DNA of 64,000 nucleotides, taken from an uncultured Gemmatimonadales bacterium. GTDB taxonomy: Bacteria; Gemmatimonadota; Gemmatimonadetes; Gemmatimonadales; JACORV01. Made by a program: the position numbers and the translations under genes. Position 1 is the stretch's first letter, and each line of letters starts with the position of its first letter. Below are positions 8,776 to 22,702 of the stretch, piece by piece. The stretch spans positions 66,547 to 130,546 of the forward strand of contig CAVSQA010000008.1 of NCBI GenBank assembly GCA_963729955.1, written 5' to 3'. Under the pieces are notes generated by a model, which had not been told where the DNA came from, searched no databases, and saw nothing but the letters and a program-made list of their open reading frames with translations.

Positions 8776-10091
8776 CGACGGCAAGCTGAACGCGCTGCTG
8801 GACGGCGAGCTGGACGAGCGCGGAGGCGGCCGCGGTCGGCGCCCACATCGCCGAGCTGCGCCGAATGCGCCAAGCGGCTCGAGGACGCCAAGCGCTTCCT
8901 CGCCCAGGCCGCCGACCTGCTCGGCGGCGCTGGAGCTGCCGAGCAGGCGACGGTGAGCGTTCCGGCGGCGCCGGCGAGGCGGGTGTCCAAGACCGCCAGG
9001 GAGGTCGCGATCGACCTCGACGGCGCGACCCAGCAAGAGTCCCGCCATCGGCGCCGACGTGCCCGAGCCGGATGTTTCGCCGTGCGCCCCGCGCCCAGCC
9101 GGAGCGCCACGGGTTCGACTACACGTCCCTCGCCTGGGCCGCGATCATCGTGCTGGCGGTCGGCGTGGGCTTCCTCGCCAACGAGGTGCGCCACGCGCGC
9201 GAGCGGGGCGGCGGCCGCCGGTCCTCCCAGCCCGAACCGCGACGCCCACCGCCACGGCCATCGCGGCGAACGCGCCCGCCGCAGACAAGGCCGCCCCAGG
9301 CTCGCGGGCCCAGGCAGGCGGATCGGGCGTCTCCGCCGGACGCGCGCCCGCGGCGACCGGGAAGCGGCACGGACCGCCGGCCGCCAAGGCCCCGCCGGGC
9401 GAAGGCACCCCGGTGGTGCCAGGCCGGTCGGCCACCGGCATCGGCCACAAGCGGCTGGAGCCGTCGGCACGGAACCTGGCGGCCGCCCGCGCAGCGCCGG
9501 CTGAGACCGAAGGCGTCGTCGATGCGGTGGCGGCCGCACCCGTGGCGGCGAACGCTCCGGTCCCTGCGACGGCGGTATCGTCCGCGGCGCAGCGGCCGCG
9601 CCCGGCGGCCGAGGCTGAGGCCGGCGTCGCCGCCGGCGGAGGCGGGCGGCGCGCCCCCGCGCGTCGGCCAGCCGGCCGCCTCCGTCCCGCGACGTGTTCC
9701 GTCGTGTCGTCGCTCGAGCAGGCGGTCAGCCACCTCCAGGGCACCATCCGCCTGATTGACGGGATGCACAGCGACCGCGTCGAAATCGGCCCGGGACGCC
9801 AGGTTCCCGGCGCCGACCGCGGGCGCGACGTGGTGCGGGTGATCTACGTCGAGCCGGGCCACGAGCTGGTGCTCGACCAGCAGCGCATCGCCGGACCGGA
9901 TCGCGGCGGCCCCGACCGGGCACCGGGACGCCCTGCAGACGTCCCCAGGAGCCGCGTCCGGGGAGGTGCTGACGACCGCACCGGACGGCGAGCGGCGGCT
10001 GCGCTGGGTGGGGCCGGACGGCTTCTGGCTCTCGCTGGCCGGACGCGTGCCGCCGGACTCGCTGCGGTCGCTCACCGAGCGGGTGCGCTAG
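8762..10091 (+). pseudogene. Anti-sigma factor (zf-HC2-like N-terminus, one TM helix, Pro/Ala-rich linker, C-terminal domain); frame-disrupted as sequenced
   Basis: ATG at 8762 overlaps the sigma gene by 14 nt. MSHVDDGKLNALLDGELDE is followed, after a frame change, by HIAEC.ECAKRLEDAKRFL. TM helix LAWAAIIVLAVGVGFLA is in frame 8865..9755. The end ...PDSLRSLTERVR has TAG at 10089-10091. Confidence 0.6.
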
Positions 10092-10108
10092 CGACCGCCG
10101 CCAACGAG

Positions 10109-10139
10109 CGCGCCCGGCGGAGCGACTCCGCCGGGCGCG
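10109..10139. terminator. Strong GC hairpin between convergent genes
   Basis: CGCGCCCGGCGGAG (10109-10122), loop CGA, CTCCGCCGGGCGCG (10126-10139): a perfect 14-bp stem. It lies between the anti-sigma stop (10091) and the flavoprotein stop (10174). Confidence 0.5.
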
Positions 10140-10173
10140 TGCTGTCTCCGCCGATGCCCGCGTCCGCGCCGCC

Positions 10174-11389
10174 TCAGGCGCCCTCGACGGACTCCCCGGC
10201 GGCGATGCCCTGCTGCAGTTGATCGAACTCCGCCGTCCGGTTCGCCGACGCCAGATTCACCATCACCGCCCCGGCCAGCTTGTGGCCGCGGACGTAGAGC
10301 GCGGTGAAGTTCGGCGCCGCCAGGTCGGTGCTCGCCCTTGATCTGGACGACTGTCCGGCCTGTCGGTGTCCCCCAGCACGTTGATCGTGACGTCGAACAG
10401 GTCGGAGAAGAACGCCGACTGGTGGAGGTAGGTCTCCTCCGCGCCGGCCATGTTGCGGCCCGCCTGCTTGCCCTGCGCGAGCGCGTTGTCCCAGTGCTCC
10501 AGCCGCCGCGGCTGGCGCGTCACCGGGTCCGGGAAGCGGGCGATGTCGCCCGCCGCCCACACGTTCGCGCCGTTGGTCTCGAGCCGCACGTTCACGACCA
10601 CGCCGCCCCGGTCGATCGCGAAGCCGGAGTTGGCCAGCCACTCGGTGTTCGGCTCCGCTCCCGACGCCCGCGACCACCACGTCGGCCGGGTACTGCTCGT
10701 CGGTCTCCGTGGCGACGCCGGCCAGCTTGCCCGCCGCCGGCCTTGACGCGGGCCACGCGCACGCCGGTCTTGACCGTGACGCCGTGGCTCTCCAGCATGC
10801 GCTGGAAGAAGTCGGAGAGGCTGAGGATCCGCGAACCGCCCGTACACCGCGGCCCCATCTCGAGGACGGTGACCTCGGCGCCCGAGGCCGGCGCGCCGTC
10901 GCCGCGACCTCCATCCCGACGAAGCTCCCGCCCACGACCACGACCTTGACGCCGGGCTTCAGGACCGCCTTGAGCGCCGTGCTCTCGCCCACGGTGCGCA
11001 GCAGGTAGACGCCCGGCGTGTCCGCGCCCGGCACGGCGAGCCGCCGCGCGTGGGAGCCGGTCGCGAGCAGCATCTGGTCGTACTCCAGCCGCTCGCCGCT
11101 GGCCAGCGTCACCGACTGCCTTCTTCATGTGGACCGACTTGGCCTCGACGCCCAGCCGGTAGCGGACGCGGTTGTCGCGGTACCACAGCGCGTCGTGGAT
11201 GCGCACCGTCTCGAGCTGCTCGCGCCCGGCGAGGTAGCCCTTGGAGAGGGGCGGACGATGGTAGGGCAACTCCCGTTCCGCGCTGACGACGGTGATCTCG
11301 CCGTCCTTGTCCAGATCGCGGATGCCCTCGATGGCGCTGGCGGCCGCCAGGCCGCCGCCCACAATCACGTACCGGCTCATGGCTGACAA
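10174..11389 (-). pseudogene. FAD/NAD(P)-dependent pyridine-nucleotide-disulfide oxidoreductase (AIF/ferredoxin-reductase-like); frame-disrupted as sequenced
   Basis: N-terminus RYVIVGGGLAAASAIEGIR (FAD fold) in ORF 10592..11389. The second dinucleotide fold VVVVGGSFVGMEVAA is in 10174..11112. NVWAAGDIARFP is in 10263..10847. AAGGAG RBS lies 25 nt downstream of the actF stop. Confidence 0.75.
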
Positions 11390-11414
11390 CGCTACTCCTT
11401 AACGGCGGCCGCGG

Positions 11415-12726
11415 CTAGTGATGCCCCGCGCCCTCCCGCTCCATCCGCTCGAGCAGCCGCGGCGACACGATCGGGAAGGCGCCGGCGAACCACGCGTGGG
11501 CCAGCCCCCACAGCCCGGCGAATCCCGCCGTGACGAGCAGCTCGGTCCAGCCCAGCGGGGCCCGCGGCGCGCTCTGCACGATGGACGGCACGACGAACAC
11601 CCAGCGGTCCAGCCACAGGCCCACCAGCGAGATGACGGCGAAGGTGCCGAGGATCGCCGGCGTCTTCTTCGGCTTGACGCCCATCAGCCCCCAGAACGGC
11701 ATCACGAAGACCAGGATCACCATGAGGATGCCGATCGGCCGCCACGGCTGCGCGGCGATGCGGAGCATCATCGAAGCTCGTCTCCTCGGGCATGTTGCCG
11801 TACCAGATGACGATGAACTGCGAGAAGAACAGGTACACCCAGAAGACGGTGAAGCCGAAGCACAGCTTGCCGAGGTCGTGCAGCGTCTTCGGGGTGACCA
11901 GCGTCGTCGAGACCGAGGTGCCGGCGCCAGAAGATGGTGGTGAGGGCCAGGGTCATCAGCCCCATCAGCCAGGCGGCCATGAAGAAGTAGGCGCCGAGCA
12001 GGTTGGAGAGCCAGTGCGGCGCGAGCGACATGATGAAGTCGAATGCGATGATGCTCATCACCACGGCGTAGGCCACGATCAACCCGGGCGAGAGGCGCGA
12101 CAGGCGCTCCTCGGAGAACGCGAGCTGCGCGGCGTCGCCGTCCTTCGACCAGCCCTTCGCCAGCCAGGCGGTCAGCCGGCTCGCCCGGGCGGACCCGCCG
12201 GCCTGGAGCAGCGCGACGTCCGGCCGCAGGGAGTGGTAGAGGAACCAGAAGCTCAGCGCCGTACATCACCAGCAGGCCGACGCCGACGCGGCCGAACACG
12301 AACCAGTCGCGCAGCCAGAAGCCCTTCGGCCACTCCTCGACCGGGGCGGCGATCCACGGGAAGATGTGGCACGCGGCCGAGCCACAGGACGAGGAAGAGG
12401 ACGAACGAGATCGGGAGGAACGCCGCCGACGCCTCGGCGATGCGGCGCAGCGGGTGGCTCCAGCGCGACTTGGAGATGACCTGCGTCGCGGCGAACAGGA
12501 CGCCGGCCTGCGACAGGCCCGGTCCAGAAGAGCCAGTTGACGTGGTAGGCGCGCCACGCGCGCGCCGACGCGGCGCCCCGCGCACGAGGAGCAGGAAGCT
12601 CGCCGTGCCGATCACCGCGAGCAGCGCGCAGCAGCGGCACGCAGCCAGGCCGGCAGCGGCCGGCTGAGCCGGCGCAGCACGCCGTCGCGCACCGCGTGGT
12701 CGGACCAGCGGCCGTGCGCCGCTCAC
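11415..12726 (-). pseudogene. actF: Alternative Complex III subunit ActF (NrfD-like membrane protein); frame-disrupted as sequenced
   Basis: Hydrophobic polytopic pieces in ORFs 12253..12945, 11415..12557, 11768..12082 and 11392..11838. GTG at 12726 overlaps the actE stop (GTGA). Last gene of the act cluster. Confidence 0.7.
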
Positions 12727-13276
12727 TGGAGGCCCTGCAGCTTCCGCACGTAGTTGACCACGTTCCACCGGTCCACGCCGCGGATCTTGTCGCCGTACTT
12801 CGGCATGATGCCGCGGCCCTGCTTGATCATCGCGTAGAGGTAGCCGTCGCTCCGCTGCCTGGTCGTCGTCCTGGGTGATGTCCGGCGGCGGCACGAACTT
12901 CGGCACCACCGTCCCGTCGGAGTGGCCCGCCGGGCCGTGGCACACGATGCAGTAGGTGTTGAAGAGGATCTGGCCGCGCTCCAGCGACGCCGCGGTCGCG
13001 CGGCACCGGGTTCACCACGTTCCTGAGGTCGGTGAGGATGTCGAGCGAGTCCTCGTCGCCGGTGATCGGCACGCAGCCCGGGGGCGGCATCCGCTGCGCG
13101 CCGTTGCTCAAGGCGCCGCCTCGAACGGCCGGACCGCGACCTGCTGCTGCATCGTGGTGAACCACGGCACCTTGGCGATGGCGTTGTCGAGCGTGGTGCA
13201 GCCGGCGCGCGCGCGAGCGCCAGCGGCGAGCGCACCGCGCCACCGCCGCACGGCGCCGGCCTACGACATCCCGCAC
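12723..13276 (-). pseudogene. actE: Alternative Complex III subunit ActE (monoheme cytochrome c lipoprotein); frame-disrupted as sequenced
   Basis: Heme motif YCIVCHGPAGHSDG in ORF 12253..12945. C-terminus DGYLYAMIKQGRGIMPKYG...VVNYVRKLQGLQ in 12723..13481. Lipobox-like ...RAGC|TTLDNAIAKVPWF appears after a frame change. The start is approximate. Confidence 0.55.
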
Positions 13277-13774
13277 CTCTTCCGCGCCCGCGGCGCGCGA
13301 AGATCTCGCGCGCCTCCGCGAGCTGCGCGGGCCCGCCGAACGCCACGACGCCGAACTTGTCGTCGCTGAACCGCGGGTCGTAGCCCGGCGCCCGCCCCAG
13401 CTTCGGGAGCCCGGCGAACAGGAACATCCCCGCCACGGTGACCAGCGAGCCGATGAGGATCGTCGTCTCGAAGCCGATCACGATGAACGGCGGCCAGGAG
13501 ACGATCGGCTTGCCGCCGGTGACCAGCGGCCAGTCGAGCGACGTGGCGATGGCGTAGAAGAAGCCGAACGCCGTGCCCGGTCAGCGCGCCGAACAGGGTG
13601 AAGAGGCGCACCGGGCTCTCCTTCTTCGCCAGCACCTCCGCCAGCTCGGGCCGCGGCGTCGGGCGAGTAGACCCGGTAGTTGGCGTAGCCCCTGCGCCTT
13701 GAGCGCGCTCGAGCGCGGCCACCGCGGCGTCGAGCTGCCCGAACACGCCCACCACGCCGGCCGGGCGCGCTCAT
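13261..13774 (-). pseudogene. actD: Alternative Complex III subunit ActD (DUF3341-type membrane protein); frame-disrupted as sequenced
   Basis: ATG at 13774 overlaps the actC stop (ATGA). Pieces VGVFGQLDAAVAALERAQ, PELAEVLAKKESPVRLFTLFGALTG and IVIGFETTILIGSLVTVAGMFLFAGLPKLG...FGVVAFGG lie in three frames. The 3' end is approximate. Confidence 0.55.
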
Positions 13775-15148
13775 CGGTGGCCTCCCGCGGTCCCCGGCGG
13801 CGGCAGCGCCTTCCTTGATCTCGGCGATCGCCACCGCCGGGAAGAACTTGATGAACAGCAGGAACCACATCGAGAACCAGCAGAAGCTGCCGATCGAGGA
13901 TCCCCAGCTCCGGCCAGCGCGGCAGGTAGTAGCGACCACTGCCACGGCTCGTACTCGTGCGACAGGCCGGTCACGATGATCACGAACCGCTCGAACCACA
14001 TCCCGATGTTGATGAAGATCGAGATCACGAACAGCGCCGTGAGGCTGGTGCGGATCTTCTTGAACCAGAGCAGCTGCGGGATGAACGCGTTGCAGGTGAG
14101 CATGATCCAGGTCGCCCACCAGTACTGGCCGAAGGCGCGGTTGTAGAACGACGCCCGCTCGAACGGGTTGCCGCTGTACCACGCCATGAAGAACTCGGTG
14201 GCGTAGGCGTAGGCCACGATCATCGCCGTCAGCAGGCACAGCTTCGCCAGGCTGTCGAAGTGCTTGACCTCGATGTAGCGCTCGAGGTGGAACGCCTTCC
14301 GGAGCGGCACCAGGATCGTGATCACCATGCCGCAGCCGGAGAAGATCGCGCCGGCCACGAAGTACGGCGCGAAGATCGTGGCGTGCCAGCCCGGCACGAT
14401 CGCCATCGCGAAGTCCCACGACACCACGCTGTGCACCGAGAGCACCAGCGGCGTCGCGAAGCCGGCCAGGTAGAGGTACATCCGGCCGAAGTGCTGCCAC
14501 TCGCGGTCGGAGCCCTTCCAGCCGAACGACACCATGCCGTAGAGCTTCTTGCGCCATCCCGCCGCCTGGTCGCGCACCGCCGCCACGTCGGGGATCAGGC
14601 CCATCAGCAGGAAGGTCGCCGACACCGTGAGGTAGGTGGAGATGGCGAACACGTCCCACACCAGCGGCGAGCGGAAGTTCGACCACACGCCGCGGAAGTT
14701 CGGGTACGGGAAGACCCAGTAGGCGTACCAGGCGCGGCCGAGGTGCAGGATCGGGAACAGGCCCGCCGTCATCACGGCGAAGACGGTCATCGCCTCGGCG
14801 GTGCGGTAGATCGCCGTGCGCCAGCCCGAGCGGAACAGGTAGCAGGATGGCGCTGATCAGCGTGCCCGAGTGCGCGATGCCCACCCAGAAGACGAACGTG
14901 CGTGATGTAGCGTGCCCCAGAAGATCGGGGGCTGGTAGCCGGTGACGCCGAGGCCGTAGCGGAGCTGGTAGCGCCCAGCAGAAGGCCGCCGAACAGCAGG
15001 CCCGCCAGGACGACCGCCATGCCGATGAAGTACTTCCTCCCCGGCGGCCGGAGCGTGGCGATGATGTCGTGCGTGACGTCGCCGTACGTCGGCTGCGCCT
15101 GGCCGGCACTGGCGCGGCGGGCGGGATCGGCTGCGCGAGCGTCGCCAT
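13771..15148 (-). pseudogene. actC: Alternative Complex III subunit ActC (NrfD-type quinol-interacting membrane protein); frame-disrupted as sequenced
   Basis: The 339-aa core is in ORF 13771..14790 (FPILHLGRAWYAYWVFPYPN...WFERFVIIVTGL). The N-terminus (MATLAQP.., MAVVLAGLLFGG) is in two other frames. ATG at 15148 is 5 nt after the actB stop. Confidence 0.8.
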
Positions 15149-15152
15149 CGCG

Positions 15153-18142
<2,990 letters not shown>

Positions 18143-18161
18143 TAGGCTCCTCGCCGCGCGG

Positions 18162-18811
18162 CTAGAAGTGACAGCCGTGCAGTCGCGCGTCACGCCGCGC
18201 TGCATGTGGCAGTTGGTGCACCAGCCCATGTTGCTCAGGTTGCGCACCGGGAAGACCCGCGGCATCTGCTGGATGTTGCCGTGGCAGGTCTGGCAGGCGA
18301 GCCCGGCCGCGACGTGGCGCATGTGCGGGAAGTGCGCGTATTCGGGGAGCTTGTTGATCCGCACCCACGGAATCGACAGGCCCTTGGTGTAGTAGTCCCG
18401 CAGCTTCGCGATGTCCGGGTTCGGGTTCCCCGCCGTGTCGGGCGCCGACGTGACGATGTGGCAGCCCATGCACGTGCTCTCGGACGGCATGTTCACCGTC
18501 CAGGAATTGGCGGCGTTGTTGTGGCAGTAGAGACAGGGGATGCGGTACTGCCCGGCGTGGATGTCGTGGCGATAGAAGATGGGCTGCACCGGCCCCTTGA
18601 GCCGCCCGGGCAGCGTCGGCCAGTCGCCGCCCGGACGCACCCCGTCGAGGCTCGAATACCCCGCCCCCGCCGACCGCGGCAGCGCGCTGAACGCCGTGTC
18701 CGCCGGCGCGCGCCGCTCCGCGCCCTGGCCCTTGACCAACGAAACGCCGGCGAGTGCTGCAGACAGGCAAAGCAGCGCACCGCCGGCGATCACATAGGTC
18801 GAACGCTTCAT
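18162..18811 (-). pseudogene. actA: Alternative Complex III subunit ActA (pentaheme cytochrome c); a single 1-nt deletion destroys the last heme motif
   Basis: Starts MKRSTYVIAGGALLCLSAALAG at 18811. Four intact CxxCH motifs (CLYCH, CMGCH, CQTCH, CTNCH). The fifth reads GAC TGC ACG GC- TGT CAC TTC TAG, which would be DCTACHF-stop if one base were restored. Confidence 0.75.
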
Positions 18812-18866
18812 CCAAGCCCTATGCACAGGGTGGAGAGCCGCACGTCGTCTGGGGAGAAGTCGCGAC

Positions 18867-18895
18867 ATTTTACTGCGGCCGGATACCAATGACAA
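18867..18895 (-). promoter_or_regulatory. Sigma-70-like promoter for the act operon
   Basis: The minus strand reads TTGTCA (18895-18890), a 17-nt spacer, then TAAAAT (18872-18867). It lies in an AT-richer patch about 50 nt upstream of the actA ATG and 3 nt after the lgt stop. Confidence 0.5.
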
Positions 18896-18898
18896 GGG

Positions 18899-19866
18899 TC
18901 AGCCGGCCGGGTCGTTTGGCCCCGAACCATTCGCTCCCCGCCTGGGCCACGCCAGCAGCGCCGCGCCGAACGCCGCGACCAACAGGCTCAGCAGCTGCCC
19001 CATCGAGAACGGACCGAGCACCGTGCCGAGCGGGTGGGCCGCGGTGACGAACTGCGCGTCGGGCTGCCGGGTGAACTCGATGAGGAACCGCGCCGCGGCG
19101 TACAGCAGCAGGAACAGCGGCGGCGAGCGTGCCCGTGCGGAGGGTCGCCCGCCGCCGCAGGTACACCCACCACAGCACCACGCCGATGATCAGACCCTCG
19201 AGCGCCGCCTCGTAGAGCTGCGAGGGATGGCGCAGCGGCACCTGCGGTGCGAGCGCCGCCCAGGCGCCGCTCGCGCGCAAGCGCGGCGTAGGCGTCGTGC
19301 CAGTTCAGGGGCCCGCCGCGCGAGCTCCGGGGACAGCGCCTGCGCCGCCGGGTCGGTCGGAAACCGCATCCCCCACGGCAGCCCCGCCGGCGCGATGCGG
19401 CCGAACAGCTCCCCGTTGACGAAGTTCGCGATCCGCACCACGAAGATGCCGGGCGGCGCCGCGAGCACGAGCGCGTCGGCGACGCGCCGCCACGACACCT
19501 GGCGCCGCCGCGCGAAGAGCAGCGACGCCACGAAGACGCCGGCCAGGCCGCCGTGGAACGACAGGCCGCCTTCCCACAGCTTCACCAGCTGAGCGACCGG
19601 AGGAACATCGCCGGATCGTAGAACAGCGCGTAGCCGAGCCGGCCCCCGAGCAGCACCCCCGCCACCAGCCAGCCGATCAGGTCGCTGACCGCCGCCTTGG
19701 TGAGCGGCAGGAACCCGTCCCGCACCATCCGGTCGAGCAGGGCGCCCGCGATGAGAACCCGACCAGGTAGCCATGCCGTACCAGCGGATCGCGAGGGGCC
19801 CGAGATGGATCGCGACGGGTTCCACCCGGGGAAGACGATTTCGGCGAAGACCACGTACCACCTCAC
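18899..19866 (-). pseudogene. lgt: Prolipoprotein diacylglyceryl transferase; frame-disrupted as sequenced
   Basis: Lgt signatures are spread over three frames: LGPLAIRWYGM, LWEGGLSFHGGLAGVFVA, ANFVNGELFGR, HPSQLYEAALEGLIIGVVLWW. The start (GTG at 19866) and the stop (TGA at 18899-18901) are inferred. Confidence 0.75.
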
Positions 19867-20002
19867 GCAACGCGAGCGCGCGCCCCCGGCTCCGGGGACG
19901 CGCGCCCGCAAGCTACGCGGGGCACCGGGGTGACGCTACCCGGCGCGGCGGATGCGCGCGGCGCGTACCGCCGCGCGCCGGCCGGCCGCGGGCCGCGCCG
20001 GG

Positions 20003-20753
20003 CTACGCGGCGAGCGCCAGCTTGGTGAGCGCCGCCTCCGGCAGACGGAAGGGGAAGTGGGTGCCGAAGACGAAGCGATCACGACCCACCGTGCGGTACA
20101 GCGCGGCGAGCTGGTCGTCCGGCGGGCCCCACAGCCAGGCGATGTCCCAGCGGACGCGCGCCGCCTCCTGGCGGCGTCGAGCCGAAGTGCACTTCCTCGA
20201 TCAGCCCCCGGTCGGCGTTGGTCACGAGGAGGCGCAGCCCGGGATTGGCGCGCACCGCCGCGCGCACGTCGGCGCCGAGCAGCTCGGCGGCGACGTCGAG
20301 CCGGTGGCGCTGCCGGCCGTCCTCGACGCGCACGGTCAGCAGCAGCTGCGAGGTCGAGATCGGCGCACGCACGCGGCGAGCGCGCGCATCTCGGGCCCCG
20401 CCGCGTCGAAGCCGTAGTGGGCCGGGTAGCTCCGCACCGCGGGGCACTCCTCGGCCCGGGCGCGCTCCACCTCCCGCTCCCAGCCGGGGTACGCCGGGAT
20501 TCACCGCCGGCACGGGCAGGAGTCGCGCGCGGTGCGGCTCGAGCCAGCGCAGCAGCTCGTCGTTGCCCGCCGCGACGTCGCGATAGTAGATGCTCGGCAC
20601 GTGGCCGACCCAGGCCCGGGCGATGCCGAGGCGCTCCAGGTCCGCGACCAGACGCTCCGGGGTCGGGTCGGGGAGCCGGCGGTAGGGATACGGCCCGACC
20701 AGGGCGTTGTGGTCTACAAGCTCAGCCGGAAGAGCCGCGCCGCGGTCTTCCAT
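20003..20753 (-). pseudogene. Amidohydrolase-2 (TIM-barrel metal-dependent hydrolase) family protein; frame-disrupted as sequenced
   Basis: VDHNALVGPYPYRRLPDPTPERLVADLERLGIARAWVGH... is in ORF 20079..22397. The C-terminus ...WLWGPPDDQLAALYRTVGRDRFVFGTHFPFRLPEAALTKLALAA is readable in another frame, with TAG at 20003-20005. The ATG at ~20753 overlaps the upstream gene. Confidence 0.55.
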
Positions 20754-21533
20754 CGGATCCCCTCCAGCGCCTCGGGCTCGAGTCCCATCGCGTCCAGCGC
20801 GCGCAGCTTGGCCCAGCCCGTGTCCATCGTCAGGTCGCTGCCCCACAGCAGCCGCTCCGGGGCCCACGCACTCCAGGCACAGCTCCAGCATCCCGCGATC
20901 CACGCCGCTGCCCGACAGGTCCACGAAGACGTTGGCGACGGTGGCCAACGCGCGCAGCGAGTGCGCCCAGTCCCCGCCACCGCCGATGTGCGCCAGGATG
21001 AACCGTGCACCGTCGTGCCGCGCCGCGAGCGCCGCGCAGATCGAGGGCGTCGGAGATCTCCTGGTTGGGCACCTCGCGCGTCCGGCGCTGCCAGGCGTGC
21101 TGCAGCACCGGCACGCCGCGTTCCGCCGCGAGCGCCGCCACCGGATCCAGCAGCGCGTCGCTGGCGCGGCGGCTGGCGGCGAGCTTGACGCCGACCATCC
21201 CGGCCGCCAGGCCGCAGCTCGATCTCCGCGAGCGCGTGGTCGGTGTAGTTGGGGTTCACGGTGACGTAGCCCTTGACCAGGCCCGGATGGGTGCGGACGA
21301 TCGCGCGCATCGCCTCGTTCCCGGCCGACACGTCCGCCGGCGAGGGAAAGTAAGTGGGCGAAGTGTGGCCGAAGCTCCCCAGGATCGAGGCGACGTGCAC
21401 CGTGATGCCGATCCGCGCGCCGGCGGCGAAGCGGCTCGCGTTCCGCTCCGCCCAGTCGGACCTGCCGCAGCCGCTCGTGCAGGAAGTGCGCGTGCACGTC
21501 CACCAGCGGGCCGGGAGCCGGGGCAACCTTCAC
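20714..21533 (-). pseudogene. Amidohydrolase-2 family protein; frame-disrupted as sequenced
   Basis: GTG at 21533 overlaps the aminotransferase stop (GTGA). The N-terminus PLVDVHAHFLHE carries the metal-binding HxH. Pieces lie in ORFs 20079..22397, 20714..21526 and 20830..21198 (FILAHIGGGGDW, LLWGSDLTMD). At least 4 frame changes. Confidence 0.65.
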
Positions 21534-22702
21534 GGTGTCGCCTTCGACGACGCCTCGCGCACCACGCGCAGCGTCGCGTCGACCTCGGGGCGGTCGTGCG
21601 CGAGGCTGGGGAAGTTGTAGGCCCCGCGCTTGAGGAGCACGCCCCGCCGCGCGCATTCCAGCAGGAACCGGCGCTCCCGGTCGCCGTCCCCGAACCGCAG
21701 GAACCACATTTCGGGAACGCCGCACACCGTCCACGGTCGCGGCGCAGGCACGGCGTCCAGGCCCTCCAGCATCAGCCGGCCGACCCGCGCCACGTGCCGC
21801 GCCACGTCCGTTTCCGCCCACACGTCCAGCACCGCCCCCGCGGCCGCGAGCGCGACGAACTCCGTGGCGAGCGTGGAGGAAATCCAGGTCTCCCGCACCC
21901 GCGCCAGGATGTCGGAGCGCCCCACCACGGCGGCCAGCGGGAAGCCGTTGGCCAGCGCCTTGCCCAGCACCGCGAGATCGGGACGCACCCCGTAGCGCTG
22001 CGCCGCCCCGCCGGCCGCCAGGCGGAAGGCGGTCTTGATCTCGTCGAACACGAGCACGGCCCCGTGCGCCGACGCGAGGCGCCGCGCCCCCTCGAGCCAC
22101 GCGGGCGACGGTGCCCGCTCGATCAGCGGCTCGAGCACGACGGCGGCCGTCGGCTCGGGGCCCGCGAGCGCCGCCTCCAGGGCGGCGAGGTCGTCGAACG
22201 GCACCGCGGCCCACAGCCGCTCGGTGCCGCGCGGCACGCCGGCGCCCACGGTGGCGCCGTCCAGCCAGCCGTGATAGCCGGCGTGCACCACCCGCTCGCG
22301 GCGCGTCGCCACCCGCGCGACGCGCACCGCCGCCTGCACGGCCTCGGCGCCGGTCTTGAAGAAGCGCGCCTGCTCGGCTCCAGGATACAGCGCGCACAAA
22401 CGCTCGGCGACTTCGACCTCCAGCACGTGCGGGAGCGGACCCACCGCCCCGTCGCGCACGGCCCGCTCGGCCGCCTCCCGGACCCGCGGATGGCCGTAAC
22501 CCAGCGCGACCGCGCCCAGCGCCATGGTCCAGTCGAGCAGCTGGCGCCCGTCCGCGGTCTCGATCCGCGCGCCGCGGGCGCGCACCAGGTGCGTCGGCCC
22601 GTCCGGGCCCCCGAACATCGCGTCCGGCCCCTTCGAGCGCGTCGAGGTGAAACCCGCCACCGCCCGCGTGGCGCGCCGCGCGAGGTCGCCGGAATCGCTC
22701 AC
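21530..22702 (-). CDS. Class-III aminotransferase (glutamate-1-semialdehyde aminomutase-like), intact
   Basis: The homologous part of ORF 21530..23509 begins at GTG 22702 (VSDSGDLARRA...), overlapping the upstream stop (GTGA). Motifs FFKTGAEAVQAAVRVAR, VFDEIKTAFR, and the PLP lysine in AVLGKALANGFP. Confidence 0.8.
   Translation of the reverse strand: MSDSGDLARRATRAVAGFTSTRSKGPDAMFGGPDGPTHLVRARGARIETADGRQLLDWTMALGAVALGYGHPRVREAAERAVRDGAVGPLPHVLEVEVAERLCALYPGAEQARFFKTGAEAVQAAVRVARVATRRERVVHAGYHGWLDGATVGAGVPRGTERLWAAVPFDDLAALEAALAGPEPTAAVVLEPLIERAPSPAWLEGARRLASAHGAVLVFDEIKTAFRLAAGGAAQRYGVRPDLAVLGKALANGFPLAAVVGRSDILARVRETWISSTLATEFVALAAAGAVLDVWAETDVARHVARVGRLMLEGLDAVPAPRPWTVCGVPEMWFLRFGDGDRERRFLLECARRGVLLKRGAYNFPSLAHDRPEVDATLRVVREASSKATP

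Noticed and set aside
8865-10222. ORFs 8865..9755, 8953..9504 and 9059..10222 as separate Pro/Arg-rich proteins
   Set aside because: These are alternative-frame readings of one anti-sigma-factor gene. The TM helix, linker and C-terminal domain are readable only by switching among them.
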